A DNA stretch of 64,000 bases from Deltaproteobacteria bacterium (GTDB lineage Bacteria; UBA10199; JADFYH01): assembly GCA_015233135.1 (NCBI GenBank), contig JADFYH010000011.1:15955-79954 (forward strand), read 5' to 3'. The position numbers were made by a program, and so were the translations under genes. Below the pieces are notes generated by a model that worked only from the letters and a program-made list of their open reading frames with translations, did not search any database and had not been told where the DNA came from. Shown here in pieces: positions 49,868-59,250 of the stretch (position 1 is the first letter of the stretch; every line of letters starts with the position of its first letter).

Positions 49868-50650
49868 ATGCCCCTCCTCATCGAAAAGAAAAACCGCATC
49901 ACGACAGTTCTTATCAATCGCCCGGAAGTAAAAAATGCCATTGATGGGCCGACGGCAGCGGCTTTGGCGGATGCCTTTAGAGACTTTGATCAGGATCCGG
50001 AATCGGATGTGGCGGTGCTTTATGGAAATGGTGGAACTTTTTGTGCGGGAGCCGATCTCAAGGCCATTCTCAATCCTCAGAATGAAAATCAGGCTCATCG
50101 TTTGGACCCCAGCGGCGACGGGCCTTTGGGGCCTACGCGTCTGCTTTTGAGTAAACCTGTTATTGCGGCCATCTCAGGTTATGCGGTAGCCGGCGGTTTG
50201 GAGTTGGCGCTTTGGTGTGACTTGAGGGTGATGGAAAAAAGCGCCGTCGTAGGGGTTTACTGCCGCCGCTGGGGTGTGCCCTTGGTGGATGGAGGCACGA
50301 TAAGATTGCCGCGCCTCATTGGTTTAAGCCGAGCGATGGATCTGATCCTCACGGGAAGGCCAGTTGCAGCGGAGGAAGCCTTGAGTATGGGTCTCGCCAA
50401 TCGAATTGCCGAAGATGGCAAATCCCGTGAGATGGCCGAACAGCTGGCGGCCGACTTGATTCGCTTTCCTCAAGCCTGCCTGCGCCACGATCGCCTGAGC
50501 GCCTACGAACAGTTTGACATGCCATCCCCTCAAGCGCTCCTCAACGAATTCAATCATGGGATGCAGGCGATTCAAAGTGGCGAAATTGTTTCTGGAGTAG
50601 AGAATTTCACGAAGGGAAAAGGCCGAGGGGGTTCTTTTAAGGATTTGTAA
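49868..50650 (+). CDS. enoyl-CoA hydratase/isomerase (crotonase) family protein
   Basis: NRPEVKNAI...GTFCAGADLK oxyanion-hole motifs. GC-rich. Confidence 0.85.
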   Translation: MPLLIEKKNRITTVLINRPEVKNAIDGPTAAALADAFRDFDQDPESDVAVLYGNGGTFCAGADLKAILNPQNENQAHRLDPSGDGPLGPTRLLLSKPVIAAISGYAVAGGLELALWCDLRVMEKSAVVGVYCRRWGVPLVDGGTIRLPRLIGLSRAMDLILTGRPVAAEEALSMGLANRIAEDGKSREMAEQLAADLIRFPQACLRHDRLSAYEQFDMPSPQALLNEFNHGMQAIQSGEIVSGVENFTKGKGRGGSFKDL

Positions 50651-50686
50651 GTCTCTTACCAAAACACGCCCGAACTCGTATCGACT

Positions 50687-51241
50687 TCACTCAAAAATTT
50701 CTTTGATGTGAAATGAAAGCCCCTCCATCAGGGGGGACTTAAAAAGGGCGTTTTCAGGAAAAACTTGAAAAGTTTTGAAATCGGAACCTTCCCAAGTAAT
50801 CACTTCAATATTTTTTCTTTCAGGATCTACAATCCAATATTCCTTTACTCCAAAGCGGCTATACAATTTCCTTTTGACCAAACGATCTCTTTGTTCTGTG
50901 CCAGGCGAAAGAACTTCAACAACCAAATCAGGGGCCCCCTGAATATTTCTTTCCGTTACTTGTTTCAGACGGTCCTTGGAAAGAAATAAAAGATCAGGCT
51001 GAACCACATCTTCGGGAGACAGAAAAACATCCAGGGGCGCAAAACGAACCTCACCCATTTTTTTAGACCTTACAAATTTATTAATCTTCTCGAAAAGTCG
51101 TGAAATAGCTGTTTGATGCTTCCAACTTGGCGAGGGGGTCATAAGCAAATCTCCATCAATAAGCTCGTATCTTTTATCTTCCGGCATCAAAAGATAATCT
51201 TCGTAGCTAAATTTGATTTTTTGAGCCTGTGCCATATTCAA
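50687..51241 (-). CDS. Uma2-family (DUF820) endonuclease
   Basis: YEDYLLMPEDKRYELIDGDL...PDLVVEVLSP...EYWIVD is the Uma2/PD-(D/E)xK pattern. Confidence 0.8.
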   Translation of the reverse strand: MNMAQAQKIKFSYEDYLLMPEDKRYELIDGDLLMTPSPSWKHQTAISRLFEKINKFVRSKKMGEVRFAPLDVFLSPEDVVQPDLLFLSKDRLKQVTERNIQGAPDLVVEVLSPGTEQRDRLVKRKLYSRFGVKEYWIVDPERKNIEVITWEGSDFKTFQVFPENALFKSPLMEGLSFHIKEIFE

Positions 51242-51467
51242 AAAATTACTTTATTTTTAAGTGGAGAACAAGAAATTTTAGGGAGCCTGATGGGGCAGTA
51301 CTTTTTATTGCTGCTTTGTTTCCCCTGTTTTTGGATCGACGAGAAACCAGCCAAATGTTGCATTGTGTTCTTTCAACAAAAGAATTGAATAGATAAATTT
51401 CTTTTTCATATAATGACAATAGTATGCTTTGCTTCAAAAGCAATGAATCATCAAGGGGTCTAAAAAA

Positions 51468-51902
51468 ATGACGCAATTACGAGTTCCTTTAGTCATCTTA
51501 TTGTTCTGTCTTTTTATTTTAACCCCTCACAGTTCCCCTGCTGCTCTTGGAATACCCTCCAGAAGCACGCTCACTGCAATCTGCAAAAGCTCTTTTGGAA
51601 AAGGGAAGTTTTCCACTGTCAACCTTTGGAGGACAGACAAGACGGGAGTAGCTCTTTACCAGCTCAATGCGGATATTAGCATCATCAAAGACGCTCCCAC
51701 GTTGTATTATCGGCGTCTACCCTCCGAATTAACGATCGAGGAAGCCGCAACAATCATTGCTCTCACTCAAGCTCCGAGCTCCACTAACAACCTTGAGGGG
51801 CTAGTACGGCTCAGGGACATGCTAATAGAAAAATATGTTGAAATAAATTATCGAAATGCCCCCAGAAACACACTTCAAAAGATGAAAAAAAGGAGAGGGT
51901 AA
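51468..51902 (+). CDS. secreted hypothetical protein
   Basis: Signal peptide. A short stretch (ELTIEEAATIIALTQAPS) weakly resembles the GT51 transglycosylase motif (LTLAEAAMLAGLPQAPS). Confidence 0.4.
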   Translation: MTQLRVPLVILLFCLFILTPHSSPAALGIPSRSTLTAICKSSFGKGKFSTVNLWRTDKTGVALYQLNADISIIKDAPTLYYRRLPSELTIEEAATIIALTQAPSSTNNLEGLVRLRDMLIEKYVEINYRNAPRNTLQKMKKRRG

Positions 51903-52026
51903 TCAATCTTCATTTCGTGCTTGAACGCGAGAGTGCAGAAGACCGGGAGATTATCAGTGACATTCTTTTCGAATTCGAGGCACTTCAGATAGTACAAACC
52001 ATAATGGGTCAACCCGAGGAGATCCT

Positions 52027-52323
52027 GTGTTTCAGAAGCGGAAAAGTTTTACACTACAAGAAATTCTCTTGGAGATCGACAAGGTGAGAGCAAAAGTTCA
52101 GACACAGTTGGCTCGATTCCCAGATTTTCACGCGCTTCAGACTACGTTAGATGGCCTTGATGCTTACGAAACCGCTGTACACGATCAATGGCCTCTTTCA
52201 GACCAATTTCAAAATAAGGTAACATTAGGTGTGTTTGCAGCACGCAACCTTGATGAAATCGATAATGGAATGCTCACCAGGGCGATCTCATCGCTAGACG
52301 CTATGATGCACGGGAAAGTCTGA
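52027..52323 (+). CDS. hypothetical protein
   Basis: ORF only. Confidence 0.4.
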   Translation: MFQKRKSFTLQEILLEIDKVRAKVQTQLARFPDFHALQTTLDGLDAYETAVHDQWPLSDQFQNKVTLGVFAARNLDEIDNGMLTRAISSLDAMMHGKV

Positions 52324-52407
52324 ACATCTGTCGTTTATTTGACTAATAAAAAGTCTTCTTTTTGAAGACGAGATTGCATAATTTATTTTTCAGGGAGCAA
52401 TCAAAAT

Positions 52408-53001
52408 ATGCTGTATCTCTTACCAGGCATGGGTGCGAGTAAAGACATGTACCAGGGTGCCTGGTTAAAACTTCCTGAAACCACCTTTATCAATTGGCCC
52501 AATTATCAGGGTGAAAGCTCCCTATCGGACGTGGCTCAAAGAGTCATCCAGGAGAATGGGATTACTGCAAAGGATTGCGTAGGAGGCTCCTCACTCGGAG
52601 GCATGATTGCCTTGGAAATTTTTAAGGAATTGAAAAATCCAAAAGTAATTTTATTGGGATCGGCATTGAATGCCCAAGAAATAAGGCCCCTCTTGAGGCT
52701 GCTGGCCCCGCTCGCCTCTTTCTCACCCGTAAAATTGATCCAATCCTTTACAAAAAGTTACGACAATCTTTTGATGAATATGTTTAGCTCTTCGGATTCC
52801 AATTTTATCAAGGCCATGTGCAGTGCGGCATCCAACTGGGAGGGCTACGAGGGAGATAAAAAAAATATCTTGCGCATCCATGGTGAGCGAGATCCAGTAA
52901 TTCCATGCCCAAAAGAGGCAGAGGTCATTAAAAATGCCGGGCATCTTATTGCCATGACGCATGCAGAGGAGTGTGTTGGGATTATTAAAAGTCAGACTTG
53001 A
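52408..53001 (+). CDS. alpha/beta-fold hydrolase (small esterase-like)
   Basis: Nucleophile elbow GGSSLGG, C-terminal His (NAGHLIAMTH). About 197 aa. Confidence 0.7.
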   Translation: MLYLLPGMGASKDMYQGAWLKLPETTFINWPNYQGESSLSDVAQRVIQENGITAKDCVGGSSLGGMIALEIFKELKNPKVILLGSALNAQEIRPLLRLLAPLASFSPVKLIQSFTKSYDNLLMNMFSSSDSNFIKAMCSAASNWEGYEGDKKNILRIHGERDPVIPCPKEAEVIKNAGHLIAMTHAEECVGIIKSQT

Positions 53002-53027
53002 AACAGTTAGCAAAGGAGATAATCTTC

Positions 53028-53618
53028 ATGAAATATCCAAAAATTTTCGCTTTTCTATTGGTGTTTTTATTTTCAAGTCCCCTTGTTTTTAGCCAGGAAC
53101 CCAGCCCGGAAAAAGCCAAGGATATTATCTCAAAAACTTCCAGAGAAGTAATTCTGGCTGTGAAATCTAATAATTTTAAAAAATTTTCTCAATTCATCCA
53201 CCCCAGCAAGGGAGTTCGCATTTCACTCGATGCTTATGTGCTTCTTGATCAAGATCTTGTTTTTAGCTCTGCACAGTTTGCAAAGCTGAATCTGGATAAG
53301 AAAAAATATATGTTTGGTTACGCGGATGGTTCTGGGGATCCGATTCGCCTCACCCTCGCGCAATACTTTCAAAAACGGCTCTATGCCCATGACTTTTCGA
53401 ATGCCCCCCAAGTAGGATACAATCAAACTCTGGGGCATGGAAATTCGATAGATAATGCCTTTAAAATTTATCCCAAGGCCATTCTTGTCGAATATTATTT
53501 TCCCGGCCTTGATCCGAAGGCCGATGGAATGGATTGGGTCAGCAGGCGTTTTATTTTTGAGGAGTATCAAGGGAAGTGGTATCTGACGGCGATTATTCAT
53601 GATCAATGGACGACATAA
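53028..53618 (+). CDS. secreted hypothetical protein
   Basis: AAGGAG SD. Signal peptide MKYPKIFAFLLVFLFSSPLVFSQ. Its last 11 codons lie inside 65-bp repeat copy 2. Confidence 0.5.
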   Translation: MKYPKIFAFLLVFLFSSPLVFSQEPSPEKAKDIISKTSREVILAVKSNNFKKFSQFIHPSKGVRISLDAYVLLDQDLVFSSAQFAKLNLDKKKYMFGYADGSGDPIRLTLAQYFQKRLYAHDFSNAPQVGYNQTLGHGNSIDNAFKIYPKAILVEYYFPGLDPKADGMDWVSRRFIFEEYQGKWYLTAIIHDQWTT

Positions 53619-53645
53619 GTCATTGTTGACTTAAATATTTTTTAT
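53581..53645. repeat. 65-bp direct repeat, copy 2
   Basis: Identical to 44638..44702 except one T/C change. Covers the last 11 codons plus stop of gene 53028..53618 and 27 bp downstream. Confidence 0.85.
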
Positions 53646-53688
53646 GGAAAAATTATGGTTTCGGACTGTAAACCGTAAGGAGGATTCC

Positions 53689-55863
53689 ATGAGGGTATTT
53701 AAGCTTTTAGTAACGGGTTTTTTGTTTAGTTCTTTTTTATCCTGCGGCGGATCTAGCGCGACCACAGTGACGGTAAGCGGGACGGTTGTCAACGGGCTGA
53801 CAGGGGCGGCGTTGACGGGTGTGACCGTTTCGGACGGGACCACAAGCGTACAAACAAATTCTGATGGAACTTATTCGCTTGAGGCCACGGTGTCGGATTC
53901 CACGGGTCGTCTCTCCCTCAATTATTCAGCCACTTCTTTCATGAGAAATCAAAGAGTCACACAGGTGGGGAGAAGCTCCGCTCTGAAGCTGGATGAAGTG
54001 CTTTTACCCGTGACGGTGAGTGCAGAGATTAATCCCACCGTGGATCAGACCGTTGTGGTTCCTGGAAGCGCAGCTCAGGTCGTGGTGAGCGCTAATTCTC
54101 TTGTGGACTCCTCAGGAACGGCAGTCAGTGGAACCGTTACGGCCAATGTGACTCCGATCGATCCGTCTTCAGACCCAACCTTGATGCCTGGAGATTATGC
54201 GGCTACCCTGAGTGACGGCACGAGTACCAAGATCGAGAGTTTTGGGGCCTTGGACGTGACCTTTGAAGATGCTTCGGGAAATTCTCTCAATTTGGCAGCA
54301 GGCACGACGGCCACCATCCGGATTGCCATCCCCGCCAAGATGGCTCAAAATAATCCTCCAGCCAGCATTCCGCTTTTTTATTTCAACACGAGCACTGGTC
54401 TTTGGATAGAGCAGGGAACGGCGACTTTGCAAGGTACCGCGCCCTTACAATATTACGAAGGAACGGTCAGTCATTTCACCACTTGGAATGCAGACCGAAG
54501 GACGGAAACGTCGGTAATCTGCGGTCATGTAGTTAATACAGATGGATCCGCCATTTCTCTTAGCGATGGGGATTCAAGCAATGGCTCAATTCATGTCAGT
54601 TCAATCAAGGTTCATAGTGAAGGGGTAGATTATGTCAGTTATGATGAGTCTGCCGAAAACTGGGAGCTCGGAGATTGCAGTACTGGATGGGGTGGCCTCT
54701 TTTTTGGTTGTATTCAGTCGGATGGATCTTTCAAGGTCTCTGCAAAAGCCGATGCGGCCGTGAAGATTTTTGTGGAAGCGGTTCTGAATGGAAAGACTCA
54801 TCGAACCAACACGATTACGGTGACGGCAGGTGCCGCTGCGACAACGTCAACAGCCTGTGTGACGAACTTGTCTTCCGACAACAATCTTGTTTTTGATATG
54901 ACAAATGCAATTCCAATCATTTCATCCCTCTCGGCAGATCCTACAGCCACTGGGCTTGGAAGTCTTGTTACTCTGGTATGTAAGGCTAAAGATGGAGATG
55001 GAGATACGCTCAGCTATTCGTGGTCGTGGGCAAATACCCTGTCGGATACAGATCCAGACAAGGGAACTCTCTCCTCCGAGACAGGTGCCTCGGTGACCTG
55101 GACACCTCCTGCCTCTGCGGGTTATTTTTCTTTCACCTGTGCGGTCTCGGATGGAAAAACGACCGTGACAAAATCCACCAATGTCAATGTTGTGAATGAT
55201 CACATGCCGGTGATTACAGCCGTTACAGCCGATTCTAGCTCTGTCACAGCGGGCGGAACCGTTGCCTTGTCTTGCAGTGCCACGGATGAAGATGTTGCGA
55301 ATACTTTGAACTATTTTTGGGATATTGCAGGAGGCTCGATGTCCTCGATGTTTTCGGCCTCACCTACATGGACGGCGCCAAGCACAAACGGTACCTATAA
55401 ACTTAGCTGTACGGCATCGGATGCATTATTGAATACTGAGCCTCAATCGGTGTCGATTGAAGTGACCGGTGGTAGCAGCGGAAACAGTGGTGGAAATAAT
55501 GGGAATAGCGGAAACAATGGAGGGGGTGGAAACAGCGGGAATGTTCCTCAGATCTTAGCGTCCGTGCCGACGGGAGGCTATCTGTGGACGATGTCTGGTT
55601 CAGTAACCATGAACGGTCAAACAACCGCAATCCCTTCGCAATCGCTGGGTACATTTACTTTCAATCCAGATGATTTTGTGACGTCGATGACAACAACCTT
55701 CAGTCACGACACCTCTGCCTACAGCCAGTACGGATGCTCGACGAGCGTCAGCTACACGGCATACGATGGCACCTCGTTTTCAGCCACCTTCAGTCTGACG
55801 GGTTGTAATGTGTCCGGTTATGCCTTTTCGGAAAGTATTACCTATACGTTTACGAAACAGTAG
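53689..55863 (+). CDS. cell-surface lipoprotein with carboxypeptidase-regulatory-like and PKD/Ig-like domains and Gly/Asn-rich linker
   Basis: AAGGAGG SD. Lipobox LSC. GTVVNGLTGAALTGVTVSDGTTSVQTNSDGTYSL (CarbopepD_reg-like). Two PKD-like repeats. GNSGGNNGNSGNNGGGGNSGN linker. A conserved C-terminal ~47 aa is duplicated at 60024..60167. Confidence 0.7.
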   Translation: MRVFKLLVTGFLFSSFLSCGGSSATTVTVSGTVVNGLTGAALTGVTVSDGTTSVQTNSDGTYSLEATVSDSTGRLSLNYSATSFMRNQRVTQVGRSSALKLDEVLLPVTVSAEINPTVDQTVVVPGSAAQVVVSANSLVDSSGTAVSGTVTANVTPIDPSSDPTLMPGDYAATLSDGTSTKIESFGALDVTFEDASGNSLNLAAGTTATIRIAIPAKMAQNNPPASIPLFYFNTSTGLWIEQGTATLQGTAPLQYYEGTVSHFTTWNADRRTETSVICGHVVNTDGSAISLSDGDSSNGSIHVSSIKVHSEGVDYVSYDESAENWELGDCSTGWGGLFFGCIQSDGSFKVSAKADAAVKIFVEAVLNGKTHRTNTITVTAGAAATTSTACVTNLSSDNNLVFDMTNAIPIISSLSADPTATGLGSLVTLVCKAKDGDGDTLSYSWSWANTLSDTDPDKGTLSSETGASVTWTPPASAGYFSFTCAVSDGKTTVTKSTNVNVVNDHMPVITAVTADSSSVTAGGTVALSCSATDEDVANTLNYFWDIAGGSMSSMFSASPTWTAPSTNGTYKLSCTASDALLNTEPQSVSIEVTGGSSGNSGGNNGNSGNNGGGGNSGNVPQILASVPTGGYLWTMSGSVTMNGQTTAIPSQSLGTFTFNPDDFVTSMTTTFSHDTSAYSQYGCSTSVSYTAYDGTSFSATFSLTGCNVSGYAFSESITYTFTKQ

Positions 55864-55878
55864 AGTAAGGCCTCGTTA

Positions 55879-56027
55879 ATTATTCCTGTTACGCGATTTT
55901 TAGCCCTGTAGCCTCCACTCTTACGAATCCAATCCAGATGTACATATCCCCGAGAGCTCCCTCCCCCTTCGACGGGGGAGGGTTGGGGAGAGGGTGTGGA
56001 CTGAAGTATATCGCGTAACAGGAATAA
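55879..56027. repeat. MITE-like palindromic element (19-bp terminal inverted repeats flanking about 110 bp with an internal GC hairpin)
   Basis: attattcctgttacgcgat (55879-55897) versus atcgcgtaacaggaataat (56009-56027), a perfect inverted repeat. Internal 9-bp stem ccctccccc/gggggaggg. Sits between the convergent lipoprotein and flotillin genes. Confidence 0.5.
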
Positions 56028-56036
56028 TGAAAAAAA

Positions 56037-58118
56037 TCAGGCAGAGGCTTTTTTGGAACTCACCGTTTTGTCAGCCTTCCCTTTCAAATCGTCTGACATC
56101 AGATTGGAGAGAAAGGCCGTGAGCATATTGGAGGAATTACTTTCTCCTGCTCCGCCTTGAATTAAAATTTCCGGAATAATTTTGATTTGTCCGGCTGAAA
56201 TTTGTTTGATGATTTCGATCAAAGCAATCTGGGAGGCGCCCAAGGTGGCAAGCTGCAGGCGGTAGGCCTCTGCGGTGGCTTGGCCCAAGGCCAAAACTTT
56301 TTCACCTTCGGCTTTTCCCACCGATTGAATACCAGCAGCGACGCCTTCCTGTTCGAGGCGAGTCGACTGACTTTTTCCTTCCGCCAGAATAATCTGCTGA
56401 TTTTTTTGCTGGCTGGCAATCTGCACATCAATTTCTGCCTTCACCAGATTGGGCTGCAAGTCGGCTTCGGCCTTTGTTTTTTCCATTTCCTTACGTCGGC
56501 CTTCCGCTTCCTGTTGGGCATCAAACATCGATTTTTGCTGGCTCGCCACTACTTTGCTGGTGAGGGTCTGCATCAATCTTTCAGGCAAAACAATTTGGCA
56601 GATCAAAACGCTGACGCATTCCACATGATATTTTTTCAACTCTTCGTTGACATGCTGCTCCGCTTTTTTCTGTTCGTCGTAACGATCTTGTAAAAATTTC
56701 ATCGCCTCCGAAGAAGAGGCCTGATTTCTAAACGAGCTGTCGATGAGGGGATGAATGACATGCTCGATCAAATTATCAATCGTTCCAATACGCGCCACCA
56801 TGTGAGGCGCTTGTTCAGGCAATACCCTGAATATGACTTTTACTTCGACCGTCATTTCAAAACCATCTTTGGAAACAATAGAAAGCGGATTAAAAATGCG
56901 CGGCGTGTTGAGTTCAGGTTTTTCTCCCGCCCAATCAATGGTAATGTTGGTCGTGGGAATCAGATGGTGCGTGTAGGCCTGTTTGTTGAGATAGTAAGAA
57001 CCTGGCCCCAAGACCTCGCGCTGAATTCCGCGATAGCCAGCATCCACCACATAACGTTCCACGCCCGATTTTAAGCGTTCTTCGGAATTTCTTTTATCGC
57101 CTTCTTCATTCTGTTCACTGGGGTCTTTCCCAATATTTGAAACGATTACCGCCACCTCGCCGCGCTGAACCTGCAGGAAGTCGTCGAGCATCACATCGAA
57201 CATCAGGGGATTGATATAGTAGGTTCCAGGTTTTAGAAAATCGAGCTGCGGGCCGCGCTGGCCCCCGCTGGATAGAAATGCAGCGGAGTCCTGAAAGTCT
57301 TTGTGCCCCACCACGGCCTTTGCCACATATTCACTGGGAGGTAGCGGTTCGCCGTCTTTTGCGGTAATGAGGCCAATTTTCTTGGAAGGAATCAGCACAG
57401 CATTGTAGATTCCCACATTAAATAATTTGGTGTTGATGCGGTAAGTCCCAGGCAAAAGGATGTCAATCTGCGGCCCTTTTTGTCCACCGCTTTCCAGGAA
57501 GGCCTGCCCATTTTGAAAATTGTTGTGTTCGCCATCCACACGTCTGGCCAATAGTCTACCCGGCGCAATGGGAAGTCCATCGACTGCTACCATTACTCCC
57601 ACCTGATTATTCGGGATGCTGATGGCTTTTACTTTTTCAACTTTAAACATGTAGGGATTAATTCGGTAAAGCCCGGGAGGAAGGATTTGGATTTGAGGTC
57701 CTTTTTCACCGCCATTTTTCAGAAAGGCCTCGGCGTCTTGAAAAAGATTGTGCCCTTCGACCACCTTGGAGAAAATTTTTCCAGGATGCACCGGCTCTCC
57801 ATCAATCGAATCGACAATGCCCACTTCATTTTCGTTGATTTGGGTCATCTGCATCTTTTGAACTCTGTAAAGAAAGGGAATGAGCAAATGCAGACCTGGA
57901 CCCAAAACTCGCGCCTGCATACCCACTTCATTGCTCATCGCCACCACCCGTCCCTCGGGAATTTTTCTCCCCAACCAACGCCGCTCGACAATGGCAATTT
58001 GAGTTCCACCGACAATCGTAATGGAGTGATAGAGGAAAAAAAGAAAGGCGAAGAGAATGGCAAGATAGAAAAACCAGCCACTCAACAGCTGAAGAACAAG
58101 AGGAATGATTTGCTCCAT
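56037..58118 (-). CDS. SPFH/band-7 flotillin-like protein (YqiK-like) with internal tandem repeats
   Basis: N-terminal TM, SPFH-like region, and three or four repeats of F(Q)DAEAFLxxGGQ(K/R)GPQxxxLxPGxYRIN. AAAGGGG SD before MEQIIPL (start moved). Confidence 0.75.
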   Translation of the reverse strand: MEQIIPLVLQLLSGWFFYLAILFAFLFFLYHSITIVGGTQIAIVERRWLGRKIPEGRVVAMSNEVGMQARVLGPGLHLLIPFLYRVQKMQMTQINENEVGIVDSIDGEPVHPGKIFSKVVEGHNLFQDAEAFLKNGGEKGPQIQILPPGLYRINPYMFKVEKVKAISIPNNQVGVMVAVDGLPIAPGRLLARRVDGEHNNFQNGQAFLESGGQKGPQIDILLPGTYRINTKLFNVGIYNAVLIPSKKIGLITAKDGEPLPPSEYVAKAVVGHKDFQDSAAFLSSGGQRGPQLDFLKPGTYYINPLMFDVMLDDFLQVQRGEVAVIVSNIGKDPSEQNEEGDKRNSEERLKSGVERYVVDAGYRGIQREVLGPGSYYLNKQAYTHHLIPTTNITIDWAGEKPELNTPRIFNPLSIVSKDGFEMTVEVKVIFRVLPEQAPHMVARIGTIDNLIEHVIHPLIDSSFRNQASSSEAMKFLQDRYDEQKKAEQHVNEELKKYHVECVSVLICQIVLPERLMQTLTSKVVASQQKSMFDAQQEAEGRRKEMEKTKAEADLQPNLVKAEIDVQIASQQKNQQIILAEGKSQSTRLEQEGVAAGIQSVGKAEGEKVLALGQATAEAYRLQLATLGASQIALIEIIKQISAGQIKIIPEILIQGGAGESNSSNMLTAFLSNLMSDDLKGKADKTVSSKKASA

Positions 58119-58229
58119 GGGTGAGCCCCTTTGATAGATATTTTGAAAAAGTGGAGCGGAAATTGTCTCCCCAGATAGAACCATTGTCCAATTGTTTTTT
58201 ACCATCGAGTTTTTTCCTCAATTTTTTTC

Positions 58230-58287
58230 TTGAACACGTTCAAAAAATAGATTACATTTTGAACGTGTTCAAAAATGTGCCTTGAAC
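58230..58287 (+). promoter_or_regulatory. tandem palindromic operators (TetR-type) upstream of the epimerase-tetR operon
   Basis: TTGAACacGTTCAA (58230-58243), TTGAACgtGTTCAA (58259-58272), and half-site TTGAAC (58282-58287), just upstream of AGGAGG SD and ATG 58309. Confidence 0.45.
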
Positions 58288-58308
58288 AATCTAACCACAG
58301 GAGGAATT

Positions 58309-59250
58309 ATGCTTTACAAACAAGTTGTTACAGGTGCTTTCGGGTATTCCGGCAAGTACATTGCTCAACGCTTACTGGCCGCCGGGGAGAAGGTCTGCAC
58401 TCTCACAAACTCGAGCGGGCGAGAAAATTCATTCGGAGGGAATATTGAGGTTCGGCCTTTGAATTTTAACAATTCAGCGCAACTTGTGGAATCCTTGAGC
58501 GGTACACGCGTTTTGTACAACACTTACTGGGTTCGGTTTAATCACAAGGATTTCACTCATCAGGAAGCAGTGACGAACACTTTTAAGCTGTTTGCTGCCG
58601 CCAAAGAGGCGGGCGTCCAAAGAGTCGTTCACGTGAGCATTACCAATCCCAGACTAGATTCGCCGTTGGAATATTTTAAAGGAAAAGCGGAAATAGAAAA
58701 GGAATTGATCCAATCGGGCCTGTCGTACTGCATCCTTCGCCCTGCGGTCCTGTTTGGTAAGGAAGACATTCTAATCAATAATATTGCCTGGGCCCTGAGA
58801 CGCTTGCCCGTTTTTGGGGTTTTTGGCGATGGAGGCTATGGCCTGCAACCGATTTACGTGGATGATCTGGCTCAACTGGCCATCCAGCACGCCCAAGAGT
58901 CCAAAAATGAAATCATCGATGCCATAGGGCCTGAAACCTTTACTTACCGAGAACTGGCAACGACCATCGGGGATATCATCGGACGTCGCCGACCGATCAT
59001 CGGCGTTCCTCCATGGATGGGATATATGACAGGATGGCTGCTTGGGAAAATAGTTGGTGACGTCCTGATCACGCGGGAAGAGATCCAGGGTCTTATGGCC
59101 AATCTTCTCTGCACGCGCTCGAGTCCCACAGGATCTACACGCCTGACCGATTGGGCCAAGCGGAACGCGGATCGCCTGGGGACCCGATATGCCAATGAAC
59201 TCTTCCGCAGACAAAATCGTGAGGCTGCTTATGATGAAAGAAACGGATAA
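58309..59250 (+). CDS. NAD(P)-binding atypical SDR / NmrA-like epimerase-dehydratase family protein
   Basis: Rossmann N-terminus VTGAFGYSGKYIAQRLL. About 313 aa. Start moved to the ATG with the AGGAGG SD. Confidence 0.8.
   Translation: MLYKQVVTGAFGYSGKYIAQRLLAAGEKVCTLTNSSGRENSFGGNIEVRPLNFNNSAQLVESLSGTRVLYNTYWVRFNHKDFTHQEAVTNTFKLFAAAKEAGVQRVVHVSITNPRLDSPLEYFKGKAEIEKELIQSGLSYCILRPAVLFGKEDILINNIAWALRRLPVFGVFGDGGYGLQPIYVDDLAQLAIQHAQESKNEIIDAIGPETFTYRELATTIGDIIGRRRPIIGVPPWMGYMTGWLLGKIVGDVLITREEIQGLMANLLCTRSSPTGSTRLTDWAKRNADRLGTRYANELFRRQNREAAYDERNG

Noticed and set aside
51468-51902. Penicillin-binding-protein transglycosylase (GT51) pseudogene
   Set aside because: Only one ~20-residue stretch resembles the GT51 motif. 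The rest of the ORF shows no similarity and there is a plausible signal peptide, so it is kept as a hypothetical secreted protein.
56037-58118. Internal repeats of the flotillin-like protein as a novel repeat protein
   Set aside because: The repeated FQ..AFLxxGGQxGPQ..L.PGxYRIN units are a known feature of YqiK-type flotillin (COG2268) proteins, so this is an ordinary family member.
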